A stretch of 64,000 nucleotides of DNA from Oopsacas minuta. Its lineage: Eukaryota; Animalia; Porifera. The notes beneath the pieces were generated by a model, which saw only the letters and a program-made list of their open reading frames with translations, had not been told where the DNA came from and ran no database searches. This document shows, in pieces, positions 1-12,021 of this stretch. Made by a program: the position numbers and the translations under genes. Within the stretch, counting starts at the first letter, position 1. Every line of letters starts with the position of its first letter. The stretch spans positions 248,001 to 312,000 of the forward strand of contig JAKMXF010000308.1 of assembly GCA_024704765.1 (NCBI GenBank). Direction: 5' to 3'.

Positions 1-1093
1 ACATTTCAGTGTGCTAACTTCAGAATTTTGCGATATATTAAAGGAACACTGAAACTTTGCCAGACTGGACTGAGCATTGGGTGTAATAGAAGGAGATAAA
101 CCTACTCCAGCACTCGTACAGAAGCGATTAGGAATAGGTGTGCTAGTAGGCGAGGAAGCATTATGGTTAGTGCTAGTATTTAGAGTTTTACTTTGCAGTT
201 TTTTGGAAAAAAATCTACTTTGAGATGGAGAGTTATCCATAATTTCCATTGCATCATCTGAACTTTCAGTTTCAGTTTCATTGATAATACTTTCTTCACT
301 TGGTAAGTATTCTATGTCAGAATCTGATTCGAGTACTCTCATTCTTTCTGTTTTGACTGGAAAGATAGCTTAGATTTCCTCTTCGAAGGCCGATTTTGAA
401 TATAGTTAGATACATCTTTTCTCACTGTCTTGATAACCTCGTCTTCTGACTATAGGAATTATATATTATTACTAGCTAACTGATGATCCAGTACTAATAT
501 TAGTATTCAGTACTTAGATCATACAATTAAGTAGGCAATACAGAACCCAAACTAAATCTACATACACATTACACTCAAAATGAGAAAATTAAGCATATTA
601 ATTTCATAACCTCAGATTGGGAAAGGTTGATACAAGCATCATCTGTCAAAGAATCCGCTCTCTCATCTGGAGGAAGATGGAATAATTCTTCAGCCTTGTT
701 GAGAGCTGATTTCGTACTGCCTCTGAATTTATCAGTCTCAAGCAGATGCGGAAATTTGTCTAGCTGAAATAATTGAATATCTTCTTCATATCGCCAAGAC
801 CGAGATGCAGGCTCAGTTAGGAAACGCAAATGCCATTCTTCGATACTGTTACTCCCCTCCCTATAGTACAGTGCAGTATTAGAATCTTTCTCAATAATTG
901 CTGGACACCAACCAAACTCTGAACGTCCCCACACCAATGAGTATAGAGAGTACTTCTGCTTACGTACAGCATAGTCAGATGCAACCTCATTACTTACAAC
1001 TAGATCCTCAGTAGCAGAGGGTTGTTTAGATTTAAAGAATGTAAGAAGAGATGTGTTCTTTCTGATATTTTGGTTTTGTTTTGATGTGTTCAT
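1..1093 (-). CDS. MSH6: MSH6 (MutS homolog 6), 5' part: exon 1 = 1093-611, putative GT-AG intron 610-450, exon 2 from 449 running off the window; apparent 1-bp frameshift near 345
   Basis: N-terminal PIP-box-like NTSLLTFF, then a PWWP-like domain (YSLVWGRSEFGWCPAII...EWHLRFLTEPASRSW). After the splice (GAG|GTTATG ... TCCTATAG|TCAGAA) my hand translation gives SEDEVIKTVRK...RPSKRKSKLSF and, after a one-base shift, RMRVLESDSDIEYLPSEES...TPNAQSSLAKFQ, which resembles the acidic linker of metazoan MSH6. The ATPase domain is not in the window. Confidence 0.75.
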
Positions 1094-1523
1094 TGGTGAT
1101 AATTAAAACTATATTTCGATTACAGAAAATTTTTCAGAATACAATATAACCTCGCTAATCTGAACGTGCCTAAGGGATATTATACAACCTTTGGAAAATG
1201 ATATAAAAATTTCAAAAGAGTTAATTACATCTTATTCTACTGCTGACAATACATAATACTATATTACAAATGTTGACAGCCTTTCATCATTTGTACAACT
1301 TTCGAAGATTGTACTTCGAGTCCCTACATAGCATTGTTCAATACATTTCACTAATCCGAACGAATTATTTGGAAATGGAACAGTGATGTTCGGGTTGATG
1401 AGGGTGTACTATAATCAGAATACAGTAGAGTATGCCATCATTGGAACGAATACTATTAACACAATTTAGCATAAGTATTAAAAATGAATACATTTTATCA
1501 ATCCCCTTCAATAATTTATAATA

Positions 1524-1924
1524 CAATCGACTCCGGTTAATCGGACCACCCTTTTGTCCAGAGTAAAGTGGTCCGATTATCCGGAGTGTCCGATTAACCG
1601 AAAAATCTTATTATCAATAATTTATTGCTAGATAAATATTTCTAGTCAATGGTAATCCTATTGCTAATTGAAAAAAGAAGTAATTGATTGTTGCTTAAGT
1701 GATCTTTCAGCATTTAGGTGAATTTTGTCAGCACAATCATCAAATCAGTTCTTTGGGCCATAAAATAATAATATAATCTAAATTATATACAAACCTAATC
1801 AAATTTTTGATGAATATATTGACTTCAAAAAAAATAATGGTCCGATTAACCGAAAAATGTTAAATATTAATCCTGGATTAGATTTCGTCCAGGAGAAAAT
1901 GGTCCGATTAACCGGAGTCGACTG
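1524..1924. mobile_element. pogo/Tigger-type MITE (401 bp)
   Basis: TIRs CAATCGACTCCGGTTAATCGGACCA / TGGTCCGATTAACCGGAGTCGACTG, flanked by TA on both sides (1522-1523, 1925-1926); non-coding interior with further CCGATTAACCG copies. Confidence 0.9.
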
Positions 1925-2319
1925 TACTTCGGTTATTAGGTGTAGATATTTGTAAACTTAACAGTCTGATTCAATACCTCTAGTATAGTGAATATCAAGG
2001 GCGGCGGAAGGTGAAGAATAGCAGTTAGACCCGGCCATACAATAGAAAAGGACATTGCAAAAAAGTGGCCAGGCTGCCTGACTGTTTGCGCCGCCCTTAC
2101 ATATTATTTAGGTTAATACGTACAGTGAAATTTCCGAAGTGTAAGACTCCACTCAAAGGATCCCCAAAGTTGGTTATAGTGGATTTATGTCATAACTTGG
2201 GGGAACTTACTGTAGTTCCCTGAAAAGCACCGGGGCAAGAAAAAGGCTTCAATGCTAAATATTTATCACCACCTTCTAAAGAATTTTTGATGAAATTTTC
2301 GCTTCATTTGAGTATGCAA

Positions 2320-2950
2320 CAACAGACTGGTAGTGCGGCTCAGGATTATATGTTTGTGTCCTTTTCAGGGGGACACATCCCCCTGACCCCGTGTAGATAC
2401 CGTAATGCGCAGGACCCCGACTGATTTTGGGCTCCTGGATCTAGGAAATATTTCAGGTTATTCAATATTATTAGTCACCTACTGTGTACTTTATGTTTCA
2501 CCCTCATATCCTATGAATAAGATTCTAAATAATAACCTGTAATTTCCCCCTGTCTAACTTTTGAAGCGAAATCTCTAGCATCAAATTTTGAAATATTTCA
2601 TAAAGGTGAGAAATATGATTAATCTTATGAAATCTCTGAATTTGTAAATTTCAGACACTGAAATCTCAAAATCGGACTCTATGTACTCAATATTCCTGAC
2701 AACATGTTGAAACCTAACCCTAACATGCTTTTGAATTTTGATAGAAAGGTGTGAAAATTTCACTTTAGAAAACATTCATAACTGAGATGAAAATTTCCGA
2801 CACAAAATGTATATCTATACCAATTTTCATGTTAATCGGACTGTTGGATTTCGCACGGCAGCGGAGGCGGACGTCGTACATGCCATTAGGACACCTTCCT
2901 ATCGGAGCTGGACTAAAATGTTCACGAAAAGAATAAGCGCCTGGGCTCTT
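2320..2950 (-). repeat. Dispersed repeat, copy A (reverse-complement homolog of 15530-16000)
   Basis: Spurious ORFs 2765-3007(-) and 15594-15824(+) share DVR..AKS.SPI.MKIG..IHF.SEI. The CTGAGCTGCACTACCAGTCTGT..GCTGGACA module also recurs at about 12595-12630 and 29765-29800. Confidence 0.75.
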
Positions 2951-3039
2951 GTTCTTGGAAATACGGTAAGTGGAAATTCCTAAAATGAGACAAACCAAAA
3001 ATATCACCTAAAATAACCAAGTTAAATCTCATTAAAATG

Positions 3040-3225
3040 CAGTGGAGTCTCCGAATAACAGACACGTTAGGGACATGGCTTCCGTTCGTTTTAGAGAGTT
3101 GTCCACTCCTCGGAGACTGCTTAAGTATTACTTGTATGAGAGCAAATTCATTCCGCTACAAGAGGTTTGTCCATTTTAGAGGAATTGTCCGCTTCTCTGA
3201 GTGTCCGTTTTGGGAGTCTCCACTG
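3040..3225. mobile_element. pogo/Tigger-type MITE (186 bp), same family as 14174-14337
   Basis: TIRs CAGTGGAGTCTCC / GGAGTCTCCACTG, TA on the right flank; inverted homolog at 14174-14337. Confidence 0.85.
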
Positions 3226-5206
3226 TATACCAATAATAGTTGTAAAATTCGATAGTCAGAAGTTGGGTAATTCCCAAAGTAGGATGTAGAGTCAGAACAA
3301 GGAGTACAAATTCGGAGGCCTCTGGTGTAGTATTAACGAGGTTCTATGTTTTAATTAGAGTTTGTTGGAATTTACATACACAATTGCAAAAGTGAGCTAT
3401 AATTATTTAATTTATCATCAAATCCAAACAGCGAAGCGTCACTGTCAATACAGTATTATTAATCTCAATCGTTGTTTATTTGTCTGTTTGCCGTATGAGT
3501 TATGAAGGAAACGTAATGAATGTTCATTGAATCAATAATTCATTCAGAGAGATAGCTTAATTATATAATTACCGTTTATCAATCAAGTTCTAAAGTATAT
3601 TACTATGAAATATAATTCAATAAATAACTTAGCTAGAGATATCGCATCAGCTGATTCCAATTTTCTCACTTTAGAATTATCACGTGTTATTTTTTGCTCA
3701 ATTGCTTTTATGAATTTAATTTAAACAAATTAGCGAAATCTTAATTTTCTTGCAATAATCAATTTTTGTGCTAAATTTGGACAAAATCGTGTATTTACCG
3801 CTCATGATGAATTGAAAATTTTGGGTTTCTGAGTAGAAATTTCTTACAAATTTGTATATTCAACAACAACCTTAGGGCACATTAAATTAATCAAATATCA
3901 TCGAAATAACAGTCATTGGAGCTATAAATATTCTCAGATCAAAGACATTTACATTGAAATTATAAATGGGGAATGGGAAGTTATCCGGAGATTCGCCGGC
4001 CCGACTTCCCCCACTTATAGAGGTTCTACTGTATATACTTTGATATTATATATGTCACCGATACACAGCTAAGCTCTATTATGCATATTTCTTGATAGAT
4101 GTGGTAAAACACATTCCCAGTCGGCCTTCTTGTTCTCAGCTTCTCGGGAACATAAACAGCCGTAAATTAAGTAGGGTATGCTCATACTAATAGAAAATGT
4201 ATTTTCTGGTTTGAGGAATACATTGAGCCCACTTAATGAGATCAAACGGGCATCCCTTTATTTCGTTTAGGGGCAATTTATGCGATGGCGTTAACATTTA
4301 TAAACCTTGATGTGGTTGCGGATCCAGGAATTGCATGTAGGGGTATAATTATCGAGCTGGATGTCTGGGGGGGAAGCCCCTGGACGATATTCCCAGTTAC
4401 CACAACATTAGTTGCCTTTCTACTATTAGGTAACTTCGAATCTCGAAAGTTTTTCTCTTAACTGTGTGATACAAATTTGGCATGGAAGTTTTCGATTTAC
4501 TATATAGGTGTATTACCTCATTGTGTACATGAATATGTTGTACACATATGCAGGAGTAAATATTAGAATAAATTAGCTGCGTATTAGTTTTGTTTCCACT
4601 TTGACAAGCGTTTCATAAGCAAAGTATGTGTTGTCTTGCTCATTATACTTGTACAGACCCACCGTTACATTTCACGAAACTTATATCCATAGATTAATAC
4701 AATGTACCGTATATACCTGAGTTTAAGGAATATAACATGATATTTTGTAAAGATGCGCACGAAACGAGCCGAAAATTTACGGTTTGCAATTTGAGCCAGT
4801 ATTTTAGTTTATTGACATGAAGTTCCAATACCATTATGATTCCATATAATGTATATTTATCCTAGTGAGGGATATATCCACCCTAACCCCGTGGATTCGC
4901 CACAACTTTTCATGAAGATGGATTAATAAGTTGATTTTAGAGCAAATATGCCGACTATCAATTAAGGCTGGACGACTAAAAGTATTAATAAACCTTATTA
5001 ATAAGAAAATATAAGAATTCAAAAATCAATCTTTAATCAGCGAATTTACGTAATAAAGTCATGATTTGAATCGCATAAACTAATTGAAGGATGCATTTTA
5101 ATATTGCTAAGTGGTGGCAATGGATTCGTTATACCTTGATCCCCAAGAAAGTTTAGTTTGCAATCAATGAGAGGCTTAGTTTTTCTAAAATGAGGATTGT
5201 AAACTT

Positions 5207-5593
5207 CGTCTACGCCCACCTTGCCGAAAGACATCTAGCCGAAGGACATTATGCCGAAAGGATATCAGGCCGAAAATTAATTAAATACCAGTATTGCATA
5301 TATAAAAAGTCGTGTGTGCATGCTCAGTATGTAGACTAGCGATAGAATGAGTGTTGCATGATGTTGAATTGGAATTTCTTAAAATAGCGACAATATTGGT
5401 TGTCAGTGGATTTATACTCACAAATAAGTGAAGAGAATTTGTCATTATTTCTTGAATTCGTTGTGATCGTGACTATTCATCCAATGTTTATATACCTCTC
5501 CTTTTGATATCAATAAAACCAAATAACAATCTTATTGATTTCGGCAAGATATCCTTTCGGCATGATATCCTTTCGGCAAGGTGTCCTAGCACC
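5207..5593. mobile_element. Mutator-like MITE with tandem subterminal GCCGAAAGGATATC repeats
   Basis: Arrays of GCCGAAA(G)GA.AT at the left and their reverse complement at the right; GTAAACTT duplicated at 5199-5206 and 5594-5601; left TIR is degenerate. Confidence 0.75.
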
Positions 5594-5995
5594 GTAAACT
5601 TTCCTCTTATTTTTATGGCCTCCTGGGTGACATAAAGCCGTACATTAAGTAGACAATGGAATAGCTCTCAACTGCTCTTTCCAAGTTCTTCATATGTAAG
5701 TAAATATATAGTTGTTCTAAGAATAGTATCGAAAAAATTTAAATAAATCTCAAATTTTGGAAAGACTTTAATTCTGAGGAGCGATCGATGGAGCACGCAA
5801 CACGAATTGCTTTCGTGCCTCAAAATTATGACCCGACTATTTATTGGAACTTTTTTAATATTAATACGTATTTGCTAAAGAAATTCAATTAGTGTGGATA
5901 AAGCCATTATTTTGTTTAATTATTACATTAGTAACTCGGCTGCAAATGGGTAGGCAATATTTGATGAGAAGGAAACAGGGCAAAGTGTAGCTGTA

Positions 5996-6775
5996 TTAGG
6001 GGATCTCCGCTTTAACAGATATCTGGTTGGTCGTGGAGGCGGCTCGATCATCCTGCCCATTCACCACATTTACAAAAGGAGATGGAATTGTGTGGAGAGG
6101 AATTTGGAACTGTGTTGGTGAGAGTAGAGTTGTAGTTGGAGTGAAAAAGGAATAAGCTTGGACTTTTGTATTCGAAAGTATATTTGCTGACGGAACTTCT
6201 AGGGTGTTATTCGCATTGATTATTAGCTTATCAGTGTCAAATTGTTTCATATTGTCTCCTTGAGAAATGTCCTGAGGATTATTCGTCTCCAAATTCTGAT
6301 TGCTGCTAATTGAACTCTGGACTACGTTATTCAATATTATATTGTTTTCACTGCTTCCAACAGGGATATAAGGATGTTGATATACTGATGGAAGGTTAAA
6401 ATGTAATGTGGGGATAAAATAGGATTGTTGTGGTAAATGTTGGGCTGATGACTGAATAAATGCTTGTACTATCCCTTCATTGGTACAATTCCTGTTGATT
6501 AATCTATCATTACTTAAATTAGGTTTAGTTCTTCTCTTAGGACGGTATTTGTAACCAGGATGATCAGTCATGTGTTGAGCCCTCAATTTCTTTGCTTCTT
6601 CAACAAAAGGGTATTTGTCTTCATCTGAAAGTTTCTTCCAGTTAGTACCCAAGATTTTAGATATTTCAGAATTGTGCATTTTCGGATTTTTGTGTGAGAG
6701 CGTCTTTCTTTCTTCCTTTGACCACACCATAAATGCATTCATAGGTCTTTTAATGTGATCTAACGACTTGGACAT
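5996..6775 (-). CDS. SoxB: Intronless Sox-family HMG-box transcription factor, closest to group B
   Basis: [14 protein letters not shown]...[17 protein letters not shown]...K.PF.EEAK.LRA.HM..HP.YKYRP, a complete Sox HMG box with the RPMNAFMVW signature, followed by an N/Q/S/T/P-rich tail. A single exon is typical of SoxB. The group assignment is by eye. Confidence 0.85.
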   Translation of the reverse strand: MSKSLDHIKRPMNAFMVWSKEERKTLSHKNPKMHNSEISKILGTNWKKLSDEDKYPFVEEAKKLRAQHMTDHPGYKYRPKRRTKPNLSNDRLINRNCTNEGIVQAFIQSSAQHLPQQSYFIPTLHFNLPSVYQHPYIPVGSSENNIILNNVVQSSISSNQNLETNNPQDISQGDNMKQFDTDKLIINANNTLEVPSANILSNTKVQAYSFFTPTTTLLSPTQFQIPLHTIPSPFVNVVNGQDDRAASTTNQISVKAEIP

Positions 6776-7946
6776 TATAAATGCATCCCATATATGTTTG
6801 TACGTTATTTATTAATTACAATATTTGCACTGTTTATTGAATTCCCATTGCAATCACTAAATTTATAGCAATTTTTCTGTATTATCCAGAAACTTAGCAA
6901 TTCAACAGAACCATGGTTATTTAGAATGTAAATTGATTCAAAAACTATAAGAGCCTTAATTTACCTAGGACAATAGAGTCAGAATATATCATAGCAACAT
7001 TTTGAAATACGTATTTTACTACTGATTGCTATACATTTTCAATGGTTTACTGGGCTATTTCATAGCTCCCAAGTTTGAGTTGGTCAGTTAGCCCAATGCG
7101 GGTCACCACTCTACTCCATGCTGCCTTCCCTCCAAGGCAGAGTTTCATTACTAACTTTATAATTCAATTTATATTTTAACATGTATGTAAACTGGTACAT
7201 ACCTGTAAAAAAATTGGAATTACAATTTTATAAAATTACTACTACGGAGTATGATTCAAACTATAAATAATTCTAATTTAAAACTCGATCTGTTTTGTCC
7301 GGAATTGAACTAGTAAGAGCTACAAACTTGAAATTTGGCATGTGTGTGAAGTGTGATAAATCTAGGAATATATTATAAGATCTAAGCGAAATCTAAAACT
7401 CTCAAATATGTGTCATAATGTATTGACCTATCAGATTGTATGCTAGTAAATTAAGGCGAGTAAACGCTGATCCCAATTATGATATTGTTAACATATTTCT
7501 AAATAGTGTCAGAAACTTGGTTTCAATGATATACTTGGTTAATCGAGTACGCTGATTTAGAATCACTCTCAAGCAGGGCCGGAGACAGAAATTAGTGGTC
7601 GCTGGTTAGAATTCTGTCCGCCCCCCACTTTCTTCCATGAGAATTGCATTACAGTAGAATATCAGTGGAAGTTTTCGTCTCCATGGTATAAATTGAGAAA
7701 TTTTCTGCCAATAAGCTATCTTTGAACATGCATTTATCTTGAGTGTGGAGTACATGAACGAATTCAACAATACTAGCCTAAATTTATATAAATACATATT
7801 TTACAAAAATATTTGAGAAAATAGTAAACTTATATAGATGCTACCGTCATAGCATAATGGCGCTTTAACGAGATGAAGGATGGCCGTTTCAACTTGTTGG
7901 TAGTCTTGCCTGATTCCTTTGAAGGGTTTATTTAATATTAATGGGA

Positions 7947-8408
7947 CGAGCCTTTGGCTCATCGCTTCGCAATGAACTCGGCGCATTGTGCCTCGAGGTA
8001 TTCAACGGACAAACAAACAGAGAAACAACAATTGAGATTTTAAAATATTGATGTTGTTTACAATATTCAGATTCAACATACTTGAGTATACCAGTATGGT
8101 CGTTGAAAGTATGATTCTACCTCAATTTTGAAATTTGTTTACTTTATATCCATAAAAAGAACAATAAATTTACATATGAGAAACTTGAAAACGCGAAATT
8201 CGGATTCAGCGTACTTACTTACCCCTGTGCAGCCGTTTAGAGCAAGCCTGTTCGATATATTTAGTGAAGTTATATATTGAATTCTTTTACTTCCTTGGTA
8301 AACCCGATAAATACATAGTTAGGCGACAATTTCAAAATTGCATACCGCAAATCCATTCCTTGACAACGGACAAACAAACAGACAACAATTGAGATTTAAT
8401 AATATAGA
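7947..8408 (-). mobile_element. Non-autonomous Helitron, family 1 (inverted homolog of 11458-12021)
   Basis: On the minus strand it starts A|TCTATAT and ends with a GAGCC-AAA-GGCTC hairpin and CTCG|T (AT target, no TSD). It carries (CAAA)n-like tracts. Confidence 0.7.
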
Positions 8409-8409
8409 T

Positions 8410-10701
8410 CAGTGTTTCTCAAACTTTTTTCGGACAGCGCCCCTTGTCAACAATATTCCCTCGATACCGCCCCCCTCCAGAAAGTCTAAATCTTTTTACT
8501 ACACTCGTATTTGTTAATGATAATAAGTAATATTTATCAATTAATGAGAAGGGTGTACTTGAGCGTGATGTTCGTCGATAATCCCATTTATATCTGGTTT
8601 CATATCAGTGAGCAGCAATCTCAAATCTCCGCATTGAGAAATATCGAGTCTGTTTCTTTGCTTCGTTAGTAATTGAACGACTGCACTAAAACCTCTCTCA
8701 ACGAGACATGATGTCGGAAACGCCAGAACTAGCAGTTTTGCTACTTTCCACAAATTGGGAAATTTATTTCGTCCTGCGATTGCAATCCAAAATCTTTCAT
8801 ACCCCATCATTGTAAAATGAGCTTTTTCCTCGCAATCACTTTGCAAGTCCATCAACTCTTCCTGCAAATAGAGTGGAACTGTTGGGGCATCCACACAGAA
8901 AGGGTCAATTAGCCAATGAGGCGGTTCAAGTTCCAACAAGTCAGTGAATCGCTTGATCATATCCGCTTTCAGTACTTCAAGATGTTCACAATATGCTAGC
9001 AAATCGTCATCTGAAATTTGCAGTCCTGCTAGGTGAGGAAACTGGTAAAATTCTCGTCGACCGATATTTTGTTTAAATAACGTTAGTTTCTTATGAAGGA
9101 GCTGACAACAATTTGCGCTTGACCAGAGTTGCTACATTGCCTTGTAGTTGCAAGTTCATTGCGTTGAACTTATCAAAAATGTCAGTCAAGTAAGCTACAT
9201 CTGATTTCGCTGCATTAACTGCGGGTTCTCTTCCTCTAAAAATCGTGTCGAAAAGACTGTAGAACCGACTGAGACACTTTCCTTTTGAGAGCCACCTCAC
9301 TTCTGTGTGCAAAAGCAGACGTTCAAATTCAGTTTCGTTTTCGTGACATATTTGGCGAATATTCTTTCCTTGACTGCGGAAGCTTTGATTTTATTAATAA
9401 CAGTAATGACGATATGCAATGAGTTGTGCAAGCGACCACTTAGATGTTTTGCTACGAAATGTTCTCGATGGACGATGCAGTGAATAGCGAAAACCTCAGC
9501 CACAGCATTTTTCAAGTACGAAATGAAACCACGATGCCTACCAACCATAGCTGGCTCCCCATCTGTTGCACAAGCAATGATATTATTCATGGGAATTTCC
9601 TTTTCTGGAAGAAATTTTCCACGACTTTGTAGATAGATTCACCTTTTGTATCAGTTACTAGTGGTCTAGCAAACAACATTTCTTCAACCATTATTCCTTC
9701 GAGAATATATCGGACATATGCAAGGAGCAGTGCTTCGTTACCTGGCAATGTGGATTCGTCAATTTGAAGAGAAAATTCCGTTGTTTTAAGTATACTGTAT
9801 AGTGTTTTCTCAACATCACTAGCCATCAAATTTATTCTCCTAGCCACAGTATCATTGCTTAACGGAATGGACTTAATCACACTTCGCCCATCTGAATGCA
9901 TAACAGTTGTAACTGCTTCCTGGATTGCAGGTAAAATGAGGTTTTCACCAATTGTATGTGGCTTACCAGATTTTGCAATTAGTAACGAAATGTTATAGGA
10001 GGCAACCAAACCATCAATGTTTTGTCTATCTATTTTTCCAAATATTCCGCCCATTGTTTTTCGGCTGTCTCTCATTTTAATGAAGAATTGCACATCTTTC
10101 TCTACCTTATCACTGTGGCGCGATTTCAGATGATCAATCATTCTTGACGGCTTCATTCCCTCATTAGAAAATACTTGTTCGCACAACAAACACATTGGGA
10201 GTTGTTCATTGGAAGGAGATTTAACAAATCCGTATTTGATATAATCAGCACTATACTGTCTACACTTCTTTTTACTATTCATTTCTTCGATCGAGTTTAT
10301 CAATTCCTTTCGGTTTAGATTTCTACGTATGTATTTATATTGAAATTAAACAGATTACTAACTATTACGAAGTTTACATTTGTTTGAAGAACAATGATAA
10401 TTATATTTCGATTAGGAAAGCCATAGACATTGTAACAAAAGAATTCTTCATTCATTTTTAAGGATTAGCTGTTGTTAATAATCACCAAGAGTATTACCAC
10501 TGTAAATGGCTTTGATAATTGAAGTATTTGCTAGCACCTATTGTTAATGAATAATGAGGAATATGATACCACTTTTTTGACCTGAGGTCGTATCTTTGTT
10601 TCGCTTTCTATAACCCACAGCGCCCCCTTGCTGCGTGGCCGCCCCCCTACAACCCTTCAGCGCCCCCCAGGAGGCTCTACGGCCCACTTTGAGAAACACT
10701 G
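8410..10701 (-). mobile_element. Full-length hAT transposon, Buster/Charlie group (2292 bp)
   Basis: TIRs CAGTGTTTCTCAAA / TTTGAGAAACACTG; perfect 8-bp TSD ATATAGAT (8402-8409, 10702-10709) with central TA, the Buster target signature. Confidence 0.95.
8541..10303 (-). pseudogene. Buster/ZBED5-8-like transposase split into four ORF pieces
   Basis: BED finger (PMCLLC...DHLKSRH), FSLQIDESTL, ATDGEPAMVG, HCIVHRE, HTEVRWLS, FPTSCLVERGFS and C-terminal HPSH, spread over ORFs 10303-9587, 9590-9297, 9312-9091 and 9002-8541. Confidence 0.92.
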
Positions 10702-11457
10702 ATATAGATTTATACAAATGGCCTCTGTTTTTATTCATTGCTCGGCTAATTTCCTATCTGTATGACATAGTAGTCTATGATTAGATAAATAGATAGCAGG
10801 ATAATCAGACACGTCGTCTACAGACATTTCGTATAGCGGACATTTGGTATAATGGACATTTCGTAAAGAGGTCATTTAGTCTAAATGTTCCGCGGCAAAT
10901 AGGAATTTACATAAAGTAAGAATATTCCTACTTGGAGCAACCAAGTTGGAATATTTTTCTATGTAGACAAATGGAGATAGTTTCACTAGGATTAATGTCA
11001 GACAAGGCGTTCAGGAGTTGTTTGAATGCTTGGCTCCCCCTGGTTGTTGGTAGGTTTATTTTGAAGGGATAATGGCATGAGTAGAAGGATTTTTATCGAA
11101 TTAGTTAATTAAAATGCGTTTAATGTTGTATTTGTGCATTTACTTCACTATTTGGATTGAGGTGGAGAATTTTTCCTTGGATTAGCGTCAGACATGGCAT
11201 TAGGGAATAATTCGATAATTATCATTGCCGCGACAAATTGAAAATTTTAACCTTTAATATTTCATAATTCATTAATTCCAACTATTCGTTGCGGCAATAA
11301 GCAATATTCCTACTTGTCACGGGATATAAATATTGTATACTACATGCTTACTCAAGTAGAATCAATTTGTTACTTATCGTAGTATGGTACAAAGTAAATG
11401 TAGGGTGATGGGTAATAATTGAAGTACGTTAATAGAATATGAAATAATGAATGAAAA

Positions 11458-12021
11458 TCTATATTATTCAATCTCAATGATTGTTTGTTTGTTTGTCCGT
11501 TGTGAAAGGATTTACGGTATGCAAAGTTGAAATTGTCGCATAACTATGTATTTATCGTGTTTATCAAGGAAGTAAATAGAATTCAATATATAACTTCACT
11601 AAAGTTATCGAACATGCTGAATCCGATTTTCACACTTTTGGATTAATCATATGTAAATTTATTGTTATTTTTATGAATAAAAAGTAAACAAATTAGCCAA
11701 ATCCCAAAATATACGTACAGGCTTGCTCTAAACGGCTACACAGGGGTAACACAGTACGCTGAAACCGAATTTCGCATTTTTAAGTTTCTCATATGCAAAT
11801 TTATTGTAGTTTTCAGGAATATAAAATGAACAAATTTCAAAATTGAGGTAGAATCATGCTTTCAACGACTATACTGAAGTAATCGAGTATGCTGAGTCTG
11901 AATATTGTAAACAACATCAATATTATTGAATCTCAATTGTTGTTTGTCTGTTTGTTTATCCGTTGAATATCTCGAGGCGCAACGCGCCTAGTTCATCGCG
12001 AAGCGACGAGCCAAAGGCTCG
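11458..12021 (+). mobile_element. Non-autonomous Helitron, family 1
   Basis: A|TCTATATT start at 11458; 3' GCGAAGCG-ACGAGCC-AAA-GGCTCG|T end. Reverse-complement match to 7947-8408 with an extra ~100-bp internal segment that is also seen near 44870-44940. Confidence 0.7.

Noticed and set aside
1998-2098. Small AGGGCGGCG inverted-end element
   Set aside because: The TIR is only ~9-10 bp and no TSD was found; it is probably a MITE relic but cannot be supported.
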